Part shown: piece after piece, positions 19,600-29,962 of the stretch
Layout: each line of letters begins with the position of its first letter
Position numbering within the stretch: the stretch's first letter is position 1
NCBI GenBank assembly: GCA_025355085.1
Contig: JANXLQ010000095.1
Location: 229 to 64,228 of the forward strand
Source: Rhodopila sp.
GTDB lineage: Bacteria; Pseudomonadota; Alphaproteobacteria; Acetobacterales; Acetobacteraceae
Length of the DNA: 64,000 nucleotides
Direction of reading: 5' to 3'
Notes under the pieces: generated by a model
The model's database searches: none
What the model was told of the DNA's origin: nothing
The model's input: the letters and a program-made list of their open reading frames with translations, nothing else
Translations under genes and position numbers: made by a program

Positions 19600-20862
19600 C
19601 TAAAAACCGGCGGCGCCGGCCGATTGCGGCGCGGGATCGATCAATTCCGGTCCGGCGCGTTCGATCCTGAACACTGCCAACCCGCGCCTGACCTGCCCAT
19701 CCGGCAGCAGGAGGAACCATCCATCGGTTCCCACGAAACCGCCGGGTTGGGTCAGTATCCCGAAGTCGCTGCCCCTCGGCCCTAGAATCACCCTTGCCAC
19801 TGAAGCCGCGTCAAAGGCCAGGTCCGCGAGTGGCGTTGGCGGGACGCCGTACTTCGCGGTGTAGTCGCGTTCGAACTCGCTTCGGGTGCTGCTGTCGGGG
19901 GCTGCATACCACGCACCTTTTACTGAGGCGGAACCTGTCGCTGGGTCGGCCCAGAGAGCGGGTCCGACGATCTGAACAACGGAACGATCCACGTCGTAAT
20001 ATGGCAGGACGGCAGCGATTTCCTGCAGTGCGTCACCCGTGTCGGCAAGCAGCAGAATGTTGAAAGGCGGCGGTGGAATGGGGGTCTTCACCAATTCCTG
20101 CGCCTCTCGGCGTCCGTCTGCCGTCCCTAACGCCCGAGCGGCCTTTACCCTGGCATCGATTGGCCCGCGCCGATTGGCGTAATCCGATAAATCGCGAGTG
20201 GACTGAGTAATCGCGGCCATGCCCGGGGGATGCATCCGAATGGCCGGTGCCGACAGACCGGCCGCCATAGTCTCTTTCGTGAGAGCGTTGGCCATGGCCC
20301 GGCCAAAATCGGAGTCCGGGAGTAAACCCGCGAACTGCGTTTTCCCTTGCGCCTGGGCTGAGACAACGAGACGCCTGATTTGCTGATCCGGTGAAACGCC
20401 AAGCGGCCATATTCCGGGTTGAGATTGAGACGCGTCGTTGGTGAACGCCAAAACCGGGATACCAGCCGCACGCGCGATCGGCGCGACCGCTGTGGTTTCA
20501 GCCGATGTCAGGGGGCCCAGAAGCAGAGTATTCCGGTTTGCGATCGCGGTTTGAGCTGCCGTGGCCGCACCCGCCGCTGTTCCGCCGGTGTCCAGTACAT
20601 CCAGCGATACGGCAGGGTCATTTTGAAGTGCGAGCTGGGCCGCCTGTAGAAGGACCTGGCCAAAACCGGCCCGCGGACCAGTCAGCGGCAGCAGGATCGC
20701 AGCGGACTGGCGCGTATGCCCCTGGCTGGGTGCGATTGGACCTAGCGACGTTGGCCCATTCGATCCAAATTGCTGACCTGCTCCGTACCGTCCGGAAGAT
20801 TGCCCACCGCAGCCCGATACCGCCAGGGCGCAGATAAGGATAATGTATGACCGTTGCCGCAT
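19600..20862 (-). CDS. LpoA-like penicillin-binding protein activator / type-1 periplasmic binding fold lipoprotein
   Basis: Lipobox MRQRSYIILICALAVSGCGG, and LivK-like ILLPLTGPRAGFGQ..LGPLTSAETTAV..GIPVLAFTND. It is divergent from rsmI, as yraM(lpoA)/yraL(rsmI) are in E. coli. Start chosen at ATG 20862. Confidence 0.6.
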   Translation of the reverse strand: MRQRSYIILICALAVSGCGGQSSGRYGAGQQFGSNGPTSLGPIAPSQGHTRQSAAILLPLTGPRAGFGQVLLQAAQLALQNDPAVSLDVLDTGGTAAGAATAAQTAIANRNTLLLGPLTSAETTAVAPIARAAGIPVLAFTNDASQSQPGIWPLGVSPDQQIRRLVVSAQAQGKTQFAGLLPDSDFGRAMANALTKETMAAGLSAPAIRMHPPGMAAITQSTRDLSDYANRRGPIDARVKAARALGTADGRREAQELVKTPIPPPPFNILLLADTGDALQEIAAVLPYYDVDRSVVQIVGPALWADPATGSASVKGAWYAAPDSSTRSEFERDYTAKYGVPPTPLADLAFDAASVARVILGPRGSDFGILTQPGGFVGTDGWFLLLPDGQVRRGLAVFRIERAGPELIDPAPQSAGAAGF

Positions 20863-21740
20863 CGGCTGCGTCTCCCGATGACCTGCGGGACGGCCAGTCC
20901 GCCCCACTCCATGGCCTTGTGCTTGTTTCCACGCCAATCGGCAACCTGGGGGATATCTCCACGCGTGCTCGGATTGCGTTGAGCGGTTGCGACCTGATCC
21001 TGTGCGAAGATACCCGCCGAACCGGGCGGCTGCTTGCTGCGATGGATATCCACACCCGGACCGAACCTCTGCACGAGCATAATGAGGACGCCCGGATTGG
21101 GTCCGTGGTGGCAAAGTTGCAGGGTAACCAAACGATTGCACTGGTATCCGACGCGGGTACACCGCTGGTTTCGGACCCCGGCTATCGCCTGGTACGGGCG
21201 GTGATCGAGGCTGGCCTGCCGGTGACCGCGATTCCCGGGCCGAACGCGGCGGTCACTGCACTCATTCTGTCCGGGCTACCGCCGCTGCCGTTCATGTTCC
21301 TCGGGTTCCCGCCAGCAAAGCAGGCCGCCCGGCGCGCCGCCTTCAGCAGTTTACGCGCCGCGGAGCGTGCTGGGCTGTCAACCACCTTTATTTGGTATGA
21401 GGCACCGCACCGGCTGCTGGAAACCTTAGAGGATCTTCAGGCCGTGTTTGGAGACCGATCCGCTGCGGTCGCGCGCGAGTTGACCAAGTATTATGAAACG
21501 GTGCAGCGCGGAAACGTGAGCGTCCTCACTGCGTTGTTTACCCGGGAACCGGCCCGCGGCGAGATCACCGTGCTGATCGGGCCACCTGAGACCGACGACC
21601 CCGAGGATCTCGATGGCCGATTGCGGGCCGCTCTGGCCACTCAGACGGTAAAGGACGCTGCGGCACTTGTGAGCACGGCAACCGGTTTGCCGCGCAAGAT
21701 TGTCTATGCACGGGCGTTACAAATTCACAGCGAGGGTTGA
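20847..21740 (+). CDS. rsmI: 16S rRNA (cytidine1402-2'-O)-methyltransferase
   Basis: LVLVSTPIGNLGDISTRARIALSGCDLILCEDTRRTGRLL and SDAGTPLVSDPGYRLV. Confidence 0.9.
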   Translation: MTVAASAASPDDLRDGQSAPLHGLVLVSTPIGNLGDISTRARIALSGCDLILCEDTRRTGRLLAAMDIHTRTEPLHEHNEDARIGSVVAKLQGNQTIALVSDAGTPLVSDPGYRLVRAVIEAGLPVTAIPGPNAAVTALILSGLPPLPFMFLGFPPAKQAARRAAFSSLRAAERAGLSTTFIWYEAPHRLLETLEDLQAVFGDRSAAVARELTKYYETVQRGNVSVLTALFTREPARGEITVLIGPPETDDPEDLDGRLRAALATQTVKDAAALVSTATGLPRKIVYARALQIHSEG

Positions 21741-22879
21741 CCCGGCAACCCGGAAAGTTGTTCGACGGCCCACTCGGCTGCCTCGGCTACGATAGGATCG
21801 GGGTCGCTCCGAAGTGCGTCGGCCGAGGGACGCAGGGCCGAATCGCGGGAATTTCCGATTGCGATCAGGACGTTTCTGATGAAACGATTTCGTCCGATGC
21901 GTTTGATCGGTGAGCCGGAAAACATCGTCCGGAAACTGCTGTCATCCAATGCGGCCAGCGCCTGTAGCCGAGGTGCGTTCAGGTCTTCCCGGCCGATGAG
22001 CTGTTCGTGCGAAGTCGGCTGGGCGAACTTGTTCCAGGGACACACCGCGAGGCAGTCGTCGCAGCCATAAATCCGGTTGCCGATCGCCTTCCGGAATTCG
22101 TGGGGAATGCCCCCCTTGTGCTCAATAGTCAGATAGGAAATGCAGCGGGTCGCGTCGAGTTGATATGGAGCCGGGAAAGCCTTGGTCGGGCAAATATCGA
22201 GGCAGCGCGAACACGACCCACAGTGGCCGGCCGTCGCTTCCTCCGCTTCGAGTTCCAGGGTCGTGTAGATTTCCCCCAGCAGAAGCCAGGAGCCATGGGT
22301 GCGCGACACGAGATTGGTGTGCTTTCCCTGCCACCCAAGACCGCCGCTTTGCGCCAGCGGCTTTTCCATGACCGGGGCGGTGTCCACGAAGACCTTCACC
22401 TCACACGGAAAGCGCGACACCACAAACTGGGCCAGGTGTTTCAACCGGCCCTTGATCAGGTCGTGGTAATCGCGGTTCCTGGCGTAAACCGATATGGCGC
22501 CGTTGCTTGCCTGAGAGGTTATTGCGAGTGGGTCGTCCGAGGGTGCGTAGGATAATCCCACGACGATTGCGCTTCGCGCGCCGGGCCAGAGAGACTGTGG
22601 ATGACTTCTTTGCTCCGACCGTTCTGCCAGCCAACCCATGTCGCCGTGATAGCCGGCCTGGATAAATTGGGTTAGCCGCTCACGCGATTCGGGACCAAGG
22701 CTTGCCCGGCAGAAACCGACCGCATCGAAGCCTACCCGTAAAGCGTGTTCACGGATCTGCTGCCTGGGATCAATCCGCCGGCTGGCCGGCCGCACTGCAG
22801 GGGTGTCCTCGGTCAAGGTTCTTCCTGTCTCAACCGCGGCCGCGATACGGAGGGACGTCTTGCGACGGAACCCAAACAT
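21725..22879 (-). CDS. queG: tRNA epoxyqueuosine(34) reductase
   Basis: Two 4Fe-4S motifs ([16 protein letters not shown] and [13 protein letters not shown]) and a C-terminal HEAT-like tail. Confidence 0.9.
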   Translation of the reverse strand: MFGFRRKTSLRIAAAVETGRTLTEDTPAVRPASRRIDPRQQIREHALRVGFDAVGFCRASLGPESRERLTQFIQAGYHGDMGWLAERSEQRSHPQSLWPGARSAIVVGLSYAPSDDPLAITSQASNGAISVYARNRDYHDLIKGRLKHLAQFVVSRFPCEVKVFVDTAPVMEKPLAQSGGLGWQGKHTNLVSRTHGSWLLLGEIYTTLELEAEEATAGHCGSCSRCLDICPTKAFPAPYQLDATRCISYLTIEHKGGIPHEFRKAIGNRIYGCDDCLAVCPWNKFAQPTSHEQLIGREDLNAPRLQALAALDDSSFRTMFSGSPIKRIGRNRFIRNVLIAIGNSRDSALRPSADALRSDPDPIVAEAAEWAVEQLSGLPGQPSL

Positions 22880-23288
22880 CCACCGGGGCGTTCGCTGTCT
22901 GCCAAAACACGTCTATCGGGATACCGCCTCTTGGATACCAGTACGCACCGATGCGCAGCCACACCGGGTTTAATAGCGTAACCAGTTTGCCGGCGATCTC
23001 CATCGTGCATGCCTCATGAAAGGCCCCGTGATTTCTGTACGATGCCATGAGCAGTTTGAATGACTTACTTTCGACGATCCAGTTTTCAGGAATATAATCT
23101 ATCATCATGTGGGCGAAATCAGGCTGACCTGTCAGGGGACAGAGCGAGGTAAACTCCGGACAGGTCAGCCGGACGACGTAATGCTTGCCGGCGGCGGGAT
23201 TGGCCACACGCTCCAACACCGCCGCATCAGGGTTGGTGGGGGGCGCTACGTGTTGCCCGAGCAGGGTGAGGTGTTCGTAGTCGGTCAT
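22830..23288 (-). CDS. queF: NADPH-dependent 7-cyano-7-deazaguanine reductase
   Basis: [17 protein letters not shown] and [20 protein letters not shown] (QueF motif). Start is ATG 23288 in an ATGA overlap with the tgt stop. Confidence 0.88.
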   Translation of the reverse strand: MTDYEHLTLLGQHVAPPTNPDAAVLERVANPAAGKHYVVRLTCPEFTSLCPLTGQPDFAHMMIDYIPENWIVESKSFKLLMASYRNHGAFHEACTMEIAGKLVTLLNPVWLRIGAYWYPRGGIPIDVFWQTANAPVDVWVPSQDVPPYRGRG

Positions 23289-24418
23289 GGGGATTTCTCC
23301 TGCGTCGTCCATCCGGCCCGCACCGCAGCGGCATATTCGGATAATTGGCCGGCCTTTACAGCAGCGCGAATGCCACGCATCAGCGATTGGTAATAGGCCA
23401 AATTATGCCAGGTAAGAAGCATCGGACCGAGCATTTCACCGGCGCGAAACAGATGGTGCAGGTAGGCTCTGCTGTGTCTGGTGCAGGCTGGGCACTCGCA
23501 TCCCGGGTCGAGCGGCCCCGGGTCGGCGGCAAATTGGGCGTTGCGTATGTTGTGGACCCCATTTGCGGTGTAGGCGCGGGCGGTTCGCCCTGCCCGTGTC
23601 GGGATCACACAATCGAACATGTCGATACCACGAGCAACTGCTTTTAGAATGTCGTCCGGTGTTCCTACCCCCATCAGGTATCGCGGCGCATCTGGCGGTA
23701 GATGGGGCACGGTTACATCGAGGGTTTCCAGCATGGCCGCCTGGCCTTCGCCAACGGCCAGTCCGCCGACCGCGTAGCCGTCGAAACCTATATTTTTCAA
23801 TGCACTGACCGACCGCAGGCGCAGGTCTGGATAAATGCTTCCCTGGACGATTCCGAACAGGCCATATCCCGGCCGGGGGCGAAAAGCCTGCTTCGACAGA
23901 TCGGCCCAACGCATCGACATCTCCATCGATGAGGCCGCGCTGTCGTAGGTCGCAGGGAAAGCGGTACACTCATCCAGGACCATGGTGATGGTGGAGTCGA
24001 ACTTGTCCTGTAGTTCCATGCAAATCGCCGGCGTGAGACGGTGACGGCTGCCATCGATGTGCGATTGGAAGGTAACACCGTCCCGATCCAGCTTCCGCAG
24101 AGCGGACAGCGACATCACCTGAAAGCCACCCGAATCGGTCAGGATGGGGCCTGGCCAGTCCATAAAGCGGTGAAGCCCCCCCAATGCCGCGATCCGATCG
24201 GCACCGGGGCGCAACATCAGATGATAGGTGTTACCCAGGATGCACTGGCCGCCGGTTGCCCGAACGGCATCGGCAGTCATGGCCTTAACGGTCCCGGCCG
24301 TTCCGACGGCCATGAAGGCGGGGGTATCGAGCGGCCCGTGGGCGGTGTGGAGAACGCCGGTTCGGGCCAAACCGTCGGTGGCCACCGGGTGGAAGCTAAA
24401 GGCATCGGTGATGTTCAT
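23285..24418 (-). CDS. tgt: queuine tRNA-ribosyltransferase
   Basis: [29 protein letters not shown], and the zinc site CECPAC..H. Start chosen at ATG 24418 (MNITDAFSF). Confidence 0.93.
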   Translation of the reverse strand: MNITDAFSFHPVATDGLARTGVLHTAHGPLDTPAFMAVGTAGTVKAMTADAVRATGGQCILGNTYHLMLRPGADRIAALGGLHRFMDWPGPILTDSGGFQVMSLSALRKLDRDGVTFQSHIDGSRHRLTPAICMELQDKFDSTITMVLDECTAFPATYDSAASSMEMSMRWADLSKQAFRPRPGYGLFGIVQGSIYPDLRLRSVSALKNIGFDGYAVGGLAVGEGQAAMLETLDVTVPHLPPDAPRYLMGVGTPDDILKAVARGIDMFDCVIPTRAGRTARAYTANGVHNIRNAQFAADPGPLDPGCECPACTRHSRAYLHHLFRAGEMLGPMLLTWHNLAYYQSLMRGIRAAVKAGQLSEYAAAVRAGWTTQEKSP

Positions 24419-24833
24419 GGGCTGTGGGTAAAGCGGAGCCACCGCCGCTGACAAGGCCATATCTTGAGCGCATCGCGCGGCCTGTCGAGAAATTTTGCTA
24501 AAATAGGAAAAAAGGCTTGACCAAACACCCCAAATCGGACTATGCTTCGCTGTATGATCCGGGGTTTGCGAGCGACGCACCCACGGACTTGCCGCTTCGA
24601 CGGTTTTAGCAGATTTGGCGCCGCGTCAGTGATACGGGCGCTGGACACATTTATTCACTCTAAATGACAGTGATCCTATCAAAAAGTCAATTTTTTTCAG
24701 AGGTCGGACACGAGCCGATCTTCGAGGCTGGGCAGAAGAAGCACTTAAAGATACCGGTTATTATCCGGCTATTCATCATCGTCATCTCATAACAGAGTTA
24801 GAGGGTCTATCTAACGGCAACTACGATCGATTA

Positions 24834-26063
24834 ATGATCTTGATGCCGCCAGGGTCTGCCAAGTCAACCTATGCCTCGGTTATCTTTCCCGCGTGGTGGT
24901 TTTCACAGCATCCTCATTCTTCGGTCATCAGTGCATCGCATTCTTTGAGTCTGGCGACGCATTTTAGCCGCCGCCTGCGTGGGTTAATCGAGGAAAAGAA
25001 AAATTATCTCGGGTTTACCGTCGCAAAAAAGCAACGGGCTATCGATAGTTGGTCCACAAGCGATGGCAGCGATTACCTCGCAGTCGGCGTTCGCGGGGCT
25101 ATCACGGGCCGTAGAGCAGACCTGATCATAATAGACGATCCAATCCGGTCGCAGGCCGACGCCGAAAGTCCCCGGCAGCGGGAGCATGTCTGGGAGTGGT
25201 TCAAGTCGGACGTTACGACCCGCCTGAAGCCGCACGGCCGAGTGGTTTTGATTATGACGCGCTGGCACCCGGACGACCTTGGCGGACAATTGCTGGAACG
25301 GGCGAAGGCCGAATGGCGGGTCGTGCGTCTGCCGGCACTGGCTGAACCCGACGACCCCATCGGTCGCCCACCGGGTTCGGCTCTTTGGCCCGAGTGGGAG
25401 GATCGCGAGGCTTTGCTGCGAAAGCGGGAGCTTATCGGCGAACGAGCGTGGTCGGCGCTGTTTCAGCAAATACCGCTACCTGCGGGCGGGCGGCTCTTTC
25501 TGGTCGATCGCGTAGCGGTTGTCGAACCCGTTACTGCCATGGACAACTTAGTCCGTGCCTGGGATCTGGCGGCCACTAATTTGAATGGCCGGAATGATCC
25601 GGACTGGACGGTTGGTATCAAGCTGCGGCGCGACGACACGGGCCGATATCTGATTGTCGATGTGGTCCGCATCCGCGGAACGCCGCACGAGGTCGAGGCG
25701 CTTATTGTTACCACCGCCCAAAAGGACGGTGCCAAGGTTATCGTGGCTATTCCGGAAGATCCTGGCCAAGCCGGTAAAAGCCAAATGTCGTACCTGACGC
25801 GACAATTGGCGGGATTTCATGTGATTGCCGCACGGGAGACCGGTTCGAAAGCGACCAGGGCAATGCCGCTGGCATCCCAGGTGGAGGCCGGCAATGTTTC
25901 CATTGCGAGGGCCGGCTGGAACCGGGCGTTAATCGACGAAATGCGTGACTTTCCCTGGGGAAAAAAAGACGACCAGGTGGACGCTTTGGTCAGGGCGTTT
26001 ACCACCCTGACAACGCGGCCGCGCCCACCGAGTTCGATTTCCATGTCGTTCCTCAGCCGTTGA
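24834..26063 (+). CDS. terminase large subunit; N-terminal part in a different frame or lacking a start (see findings)
   Basis: P-loop LMILMPPGSAKST, Walker B-like LIIIDDP, and nuclease-half motifs (WDLA.., DDQVDA). The same frame is open back to 24633 without a start codon. Confidence 0.8.
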   Translation: MILMPPGSAKSTYASVIFPAWWFSQHPHSSVISASHSLSLATHFSRRLRGLIEEKKNYLGFTVAKKQRAIDSWSTSDGSDYLAVGVRGAITGRRADLIIIDDPIRSQADAESPRQREHVWEWFKSDVTTRLKPHGRVVLIMTRWHPDDLGGQLLERAKAEWRVVRLPALAEPDDPIGRPPGSALWPEWEDREALLRKRELIGERAWSALFQQIPLPAGGRLFLVDRVAVVEPVTAMDNLVRAWDLAATNLNGRNDPDWTVGIKLRRDDTGRYLIVDVVRIRGTPHEVEALIVTTAQKDGAKVIVAIPEDPGQAGKSQMSYLTRQLAGFHVIAARETGSKATRAMPLASQVEAGNVSIARAGWNRALIDEMRDFPWGKKDDQVDALVRAFTTLTTRPRPPSSISMSFLSR

Positions 26064-26082
26064 ATTCAAAGTTTGGAAATAT

Positions 26083-27507
26083 ATGTTCGATACTTTGTAC
26101 GATTTGATTCCGCGTGACAGTGACTACCCTGACAGAGTGCGAAAACTAACTATACTGAACCGCGTGCTGGATGGTACACTGTACGATACCCTCCCCTACC
26201 ATTTTCACGAGGAACGCACCGAGGCCGGCGAATACATTCCCCTTCGCCAACGGCGTCCCAGCGTCAGATATCCGCTGTGCCGCATTGTCGTGGAGGATAG
26301 TGTTTCACTGCTTTTTAGCGAAGGTCATTTTCCGACGATCGATAGTCCGGATCGGGCTGTGCGGGCGGCCTTCGCGAATATCGCGAAGGAAACACGACTG
26401 AATCTGACTATGACCGACGCCGCGATGCGCGGTGCCATCGGATCGGTTGCGCTGCTTTTGCGGGTTCTGCAGGGGCGGATATTCGTCGATGTACTCGACA
26501 CCATTTATCTGACGCCCACCTGGGATCCCCAGGCACCGGACACGCTTGCCCGAGTGGATGAGCGCTACAAGGTCTCTGGTGCCGATCTTCGCAGGAACGG
26601 TTACGACATCGACGATCCGGGCGGTCAATATTGGTTTGCCCGAAGTTGGGACACGGAAAGCGAGACCTGGTTTCTGCCGACCCCCATCGGCAGCCCGTTC
26701 CCACCGGCGATCGACAGCGCCCGTTCGGTTTCCCATAGGCTTGGCGCCGTTCCCATCGTGTGGATTCGCAATTTGCCCGGCCTGTCCACGACCGGCGACA
26801 TTGCCGACGGGGCTTGTACATTCTCTGCCGCCATGCATTCTCAGGTCGAGATAGACTATCAACTCAGTCAGTTGGGGCGGGGTTTGAAATACAGCAGCGA
26901 TCCTACGTTGCTGCTGAAGGACCCAGCCCTTCCAGACGGTGCGCTGATCAGGGGCGCTGGTAACGCACTCGTCGTTTCCGAAAAAGGCGATGCCCGGCTT
27001 TTAGAAATCGGTGGCACGGCTTCCGCCGCCGTGATCGAGTATGTGCGTACTTTGCGCGAATTGGCGTTGGAAAGCATCCACGGCAATCGTGCAAGCCCGG
27101 AGCGCGTAACTGCCGCGCATTCAGGCCGAGCGCTGGAGTTGTTGAATCAAGGGTTGATTTGGCTGGCTGACAATTTACGGACCAGTTACGGCGAATCCGG
27201 GCTGTTGCAGCTTACCCGGCTGATTGTTCGAGCATCGCAAGTCTATACTATTATGGTCTTCGGCCAAGAGATTGCGCCTTTGAGTCCTGTGGCCCCGATA
27301 AGTTTGAAGTGGCCGCGCTGGTATCCGACCACAGCGGATGACCGGCAGAAAGACGTCCAATCACTTACCACATTGGTTACCACGGGATGCATCAGTCGCG
27401 AGACCGCACTTAAAGTCATTGCAGGCTGTTATGACCTTGAATTTGTCGAAGATGGAATAACTTCGGCCACCCTTGACAATACATCACGAGATCAAAATGA
27501 TTCATGA
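26083..27507 (+). CDS. putative portal protein
   Basis: 474 aa ORF immediately after terL and before the scaffold and coat genes. Assigned by position and size only. Confidence 0.6.
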   Translation: MFDTLYDLIPRDSDYPDRVRKLTILNRVLDGTLYDTLPYHFHEERTEAGEYIPLRQRRPSVRYPLCRIVVEDSVSLLFSEGHFPTIDSPDRAVRAAFANIAKETRLNLTMTDAAMRGAIGSVALLLRVLQGRIFVDVLDTIYLTPTWDPQAPDTLARVDERYKVSGADLRRNGYDIDDPGGQYWFARSWDTESETWFLPTPIGSPFPPAIDSARSVSHRLGAVPIVWIRNLPGLSTTGDIADGACTFSAAMHSQVEIDYQLSQLGRGLKYSSDPTLLLKDPALPDGALIRGAGNALVVSEKGDARLLEIGGTASAAVIEYVRTLRELALESIHGNRASPERVTAAHSGRALELLNQGLIWLADNLRTSYGESGLLQLTRLIVRASQVYTIMVFGQEIAPLSPVAPISLKWPRWYPTTADDRQKDVQSLTTLVTTGCISRETALKVIAGCYDLEFVEDGITSATLDNTSRDQNDS

Positions 27508-27880
27508 ATCAACCGACGTAGAATTCACGCCGTCCGAAGGCGGGTCTGACGAGATCGCACAGTTGCGTTCCGACTTCCAGGCACGTCTCGTTGCTGCCGA
27601 TCTCCGCACCGAGGCCGTCAGGGCCGGTATCGTCGATCTCGATGGGTTGAAACTGATCGATATTTCTTCTGTGCGCCTGGGCGACGATGACAAAGTTGTC
27701 GGTGCCCGCAAGATCATTGACGAACTCCGGCGGAACAAACCCTGGCTGTTTCCGGGTGTCTCATCTTCCAGCCCGGCCCTGGCCCCCGCGTCTCAACCAG
27801 TGCGCCAGAAAACGGCACTTGAGATGTCCGACGAAGAATACATCGTGGCCCGCGCGGCGATAACCAAACGTCATTACTGA
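27497..27880 (+). CDS. putative scaffolding protein
   Basis: 127 aa, acidic and helical. DLDGLKLIDISSVRLGDDDKVVGARKIIDELRRNKPWLF resembles the GP20-type scaffold pattern. It lies between portal and coat. Confidence 0.5.
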   Translation: MIHESTDVEFTPSEGGSDEIAQLRSDFQARLVAADLRTEAVRAGIVDLDGLKLIDISSVRLGDDDKVVGARKIIDELRRNKPWLFPGVSSSSPALAPASQPVRQKTALEMSDEEYIVARAAITKRHY

Positions 27881-27926
27881 TCATCTCCCTTACCGACACC
27901 AATTTCGTATTTAGATAGGATCCTTA

Positions 27927-29249
27927 ATGGCCATCCAGAATTTTCCTGCCGCGCTTCAGCCGATCATCCAGGGCGGCTTTCTCGAACGAGAGTTCCAGCA
28001 GGCGCTGCGCTCCAAGCTCGGCTATCGGGCCTGTGCCGATCGGGTGGATGTCGCGGTGGGTATCGGTGAAACACTGACCAAGACCCGGGCCGGTCTTAAG
28101 CCCGCTGTGACTGTGCCGCTGGCACCGTCCGCGAACACAAATTTCGACAATGGATTGACGCCGACGACCTGGGGCGTCGAACAATATACGCTATCGATGA
28201 ACCTCTATGCCGCGACGACCGACCTGAACGTGGTCATCGAACGGGTCGCTATCGCGTCGCAATTTATTCAAAACGCCTATGTCAACGGCGAACAGGCCGC
28301 ACGCAGCCTGGATGAACTGGGCCGGAATGCCCTGTTCGCTTCCTATATGGGCGGTAACACGCGCGTTCGAACGACACTGGGCAGTGCGGCTCCGATCCTT
28401 GCTGTCGATGACGTCCGCGGATTTCAGATTGTTTTCGTCAACGGGGTGCAGCAGCCGGTTACCAGCAGCACACCGATGACGGTCACCATCGGTGCCAACG
28501 TCTATACGGTCGTTTCAGTTGCAGTCGATTCTGCCAATGTCTCCACCGCGCCCAATGGCCTGTCCGGCATTCTCACCCTTTCCGGTAACGTATCTGTATC
28601 GGACGGAACGGCGGGCAATACCGTGATCGCGGCGAATGGATCAACCATCGTGCGGCCGTCCCAGCGTGGCAATACATCGCTGATCACGGCATCCGACACG
28701 CTTACCATGGGTAACCTTCTGGACGCGGTTGCAAAGCTTCGCTTGAATGCAGTTCCGGAAATCGACGGCGCCTATAATTGTTATCTCGATCCAGTGTCCT
28801 CGCGCCAGTTGTTCGCCGATCCGGATTTCAAGCAGTTGTTCCAAGGAGCCACTTCGGCCAACCAGGTGTTCAAGAAGGGAATGACGAACGATTTTCTTGG
28901 CCTCCGGTTTGTCCCGACGACAGAGGCGTTTGTGCAGCCACATCCGACGCTGCCGGGGTTGATGGTTCGCCGTCCGGTGATTTGCGGCAAAGGCGCCCTG
29001 GTGGAGGGCGATTTCGCCGGCATGGCGGCAAGAGATATCGCCCCGGCCGATTCGATCGTCACGATGGTGGACGGAGTCGCCATGGTCACCCGTGAAGCGA
29101 TCGATCGCCTACAGCAGATCATTGCGCAGTCCTGGTATTGGATTGGCGGATTCTGTGCCCCATCCGACACGACAACGAATTCGACGACGGTCCCAACCGC
29201 AACGAACGCCACCTACAAGCGAGCGGTTATCCTGGAACACGTCGGCTAG
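27927..29249 (+). CDS. putative major capsid (coat) protein
   Basis: 440 aa ORF after the scaffold gene. A size comparable to coat proteins with an insertion domain. Assigned by position. Confidence 0.55.
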   Translation: MAIQNFPAALQPIIQGGFLEREFQQALRSKLGYRACADRVDVAVGIGETLTKTRAGLKPAVTVPLAPSANTNFDNGLTPTTWGVEQYTLSMNLYAATTDLNVVIERVAIASQFIQNAYVNGEQAARSLDELGRNALFASYMGGNTRVRTTLGSAAPILAVDDVRGFQIVFVNGVQQPVTSSTPMTVTIGANVYTVVSVAVDSANVSTAPNGLSGILTLSGNVSVSDGTAGNTVIAANGSTIVRPSQRGNTSLITASDTLTMGNLLDAVAKLRLNAVPEIDGAYNCYLDPVSSRQLFADPDFKQLFQGATSANQVFKKGMTNDFLGLRFVPTTEAFVQPHPTLPGLMVRRPVICGKGALVEGDFAGMAARDIAPADSIVTMVDGVAMVTREAIDRLQQIIAQSWYWIGGFCAPSDTTTNSTTVPTATNATYKRAVILEHVG

Positions 29250-29273
29250 TAACAAAATAAAGGCAAAATCGCT

Positions 29274-29582
29274 ATGCCGCTAGGTTCGGTAAGCCCATTT
29301 CGTCCCACCGGTACGGTCAGCGTATCGGTGGGCACTGTCTCCGCGAATACGCCGTTATCAGGTGGTGGTGATTCGGTCGTCGTTACCAACAGCAGCAACT
29401 CCTTGGCGTATGTCCGATTCGGATCGGATCCCACCGTCGCGGCAACCACGGCGGACATGCCGATCCTGGCAACCAGCCGTCTGATCCTTGCGGTGAACAG
29501 TTTGATTACTTATGTGGCCGTCATCTCCCCTTCTGGAACCGGCCTAGTTCTGTTCAGCCGCGGCGATGGATCGTTCGTTTGA
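29274..29582 (+). CDS. hypothetical head-associated protein
   Basis: 102 aa beta-rich ORF downstream of the coat gene. No recognisable motif. Confidence 0.3.
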   Translation: MPLGSVSPFRPTGTVSVSVGTVSANTPLSGGGDSVVVTNSSNSLAYVRFGSDPTVAATTADMPILATSRLILAVNSLITYVAVISPSGTGLVLFSRGDGSFV

Positions 29583-29959
29583 GTCTGCTATCCGACGCCG
29601 AAAAGGTGGACATCCGTCGGTTTTGCGGATACCCGGCTTATGGAGCCGCCCCAGCCGGGATGCAATCGTGGCGCTTCTTTCAATCCTATGGATTGCTTGA
29701 ATTTCGCATCAACAATCTTTCAGACTCCGAAATTGCCATCACGCGCCGATATCTTGGGTCGCTGACATCTCTGGAGTTGGCGATTCCCGCAACCTCCGAA
29801 AATCTAGACACCGATCAGGCTTCGATGTGGACGCGGAACAAGGATGAACTGAGGGATCGCATGCGCCTGTTCAATGATTGGCGGCGCAGACTGTGCGGAT
29901 TCCTCGGAATTGCGGCAGGTCCGGACGTCGCAGGTGGCACCACGATGTTGGTTGTGTAA
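29579..29959 (+). CDS. hypothetical head-completion/connector protein
   Basis: 126 aa. TTGA start/stop overlap with the preceding ORF. Assigned by position only. Confidence 0.3.
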   Translation: MSLLSDAEKVDIRRFCGYPAYGAAPAGMQSWRFFQSYGLLEFRINNLSDSEIAITRRYLGSLTSLELAIPATSENLDTDQASMWTRNKDELRDRMRLFNDWRRRLCGFLGIAAGPDVAGGTTMLVV

Positions 29960-29962
29960 ACT

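Noticed and set aside
20863-21162. 100-codon N-terminal extension of the lpoA-like ORF
   Set aside because: It runs antisense through rsmI, and the lipoprotein signal peptide begins at ATG 20862.
24581-24700. attL/attR-type direct repeats or a tRNA target at the cassette borders (compared with 49173-49260)
   Set aside because: Only weak similarities were found (ttcactcta versus ttcacttta, atcaaaaagtcaa versus atccaaaaaactaaa). No tRNA-like sequence and no integrase are present. This is insufficient to call att sites.
24664-24789. Stand-alone 41-codon ORF (MTVILSKSQFFSEVGHEPIFEAGQKK...) as a small terminase remnant
   Set aside because: It is too short and has no DNA-binding motif. It is better explained as the displaced 5' end of terL upstream of the T7 tract.
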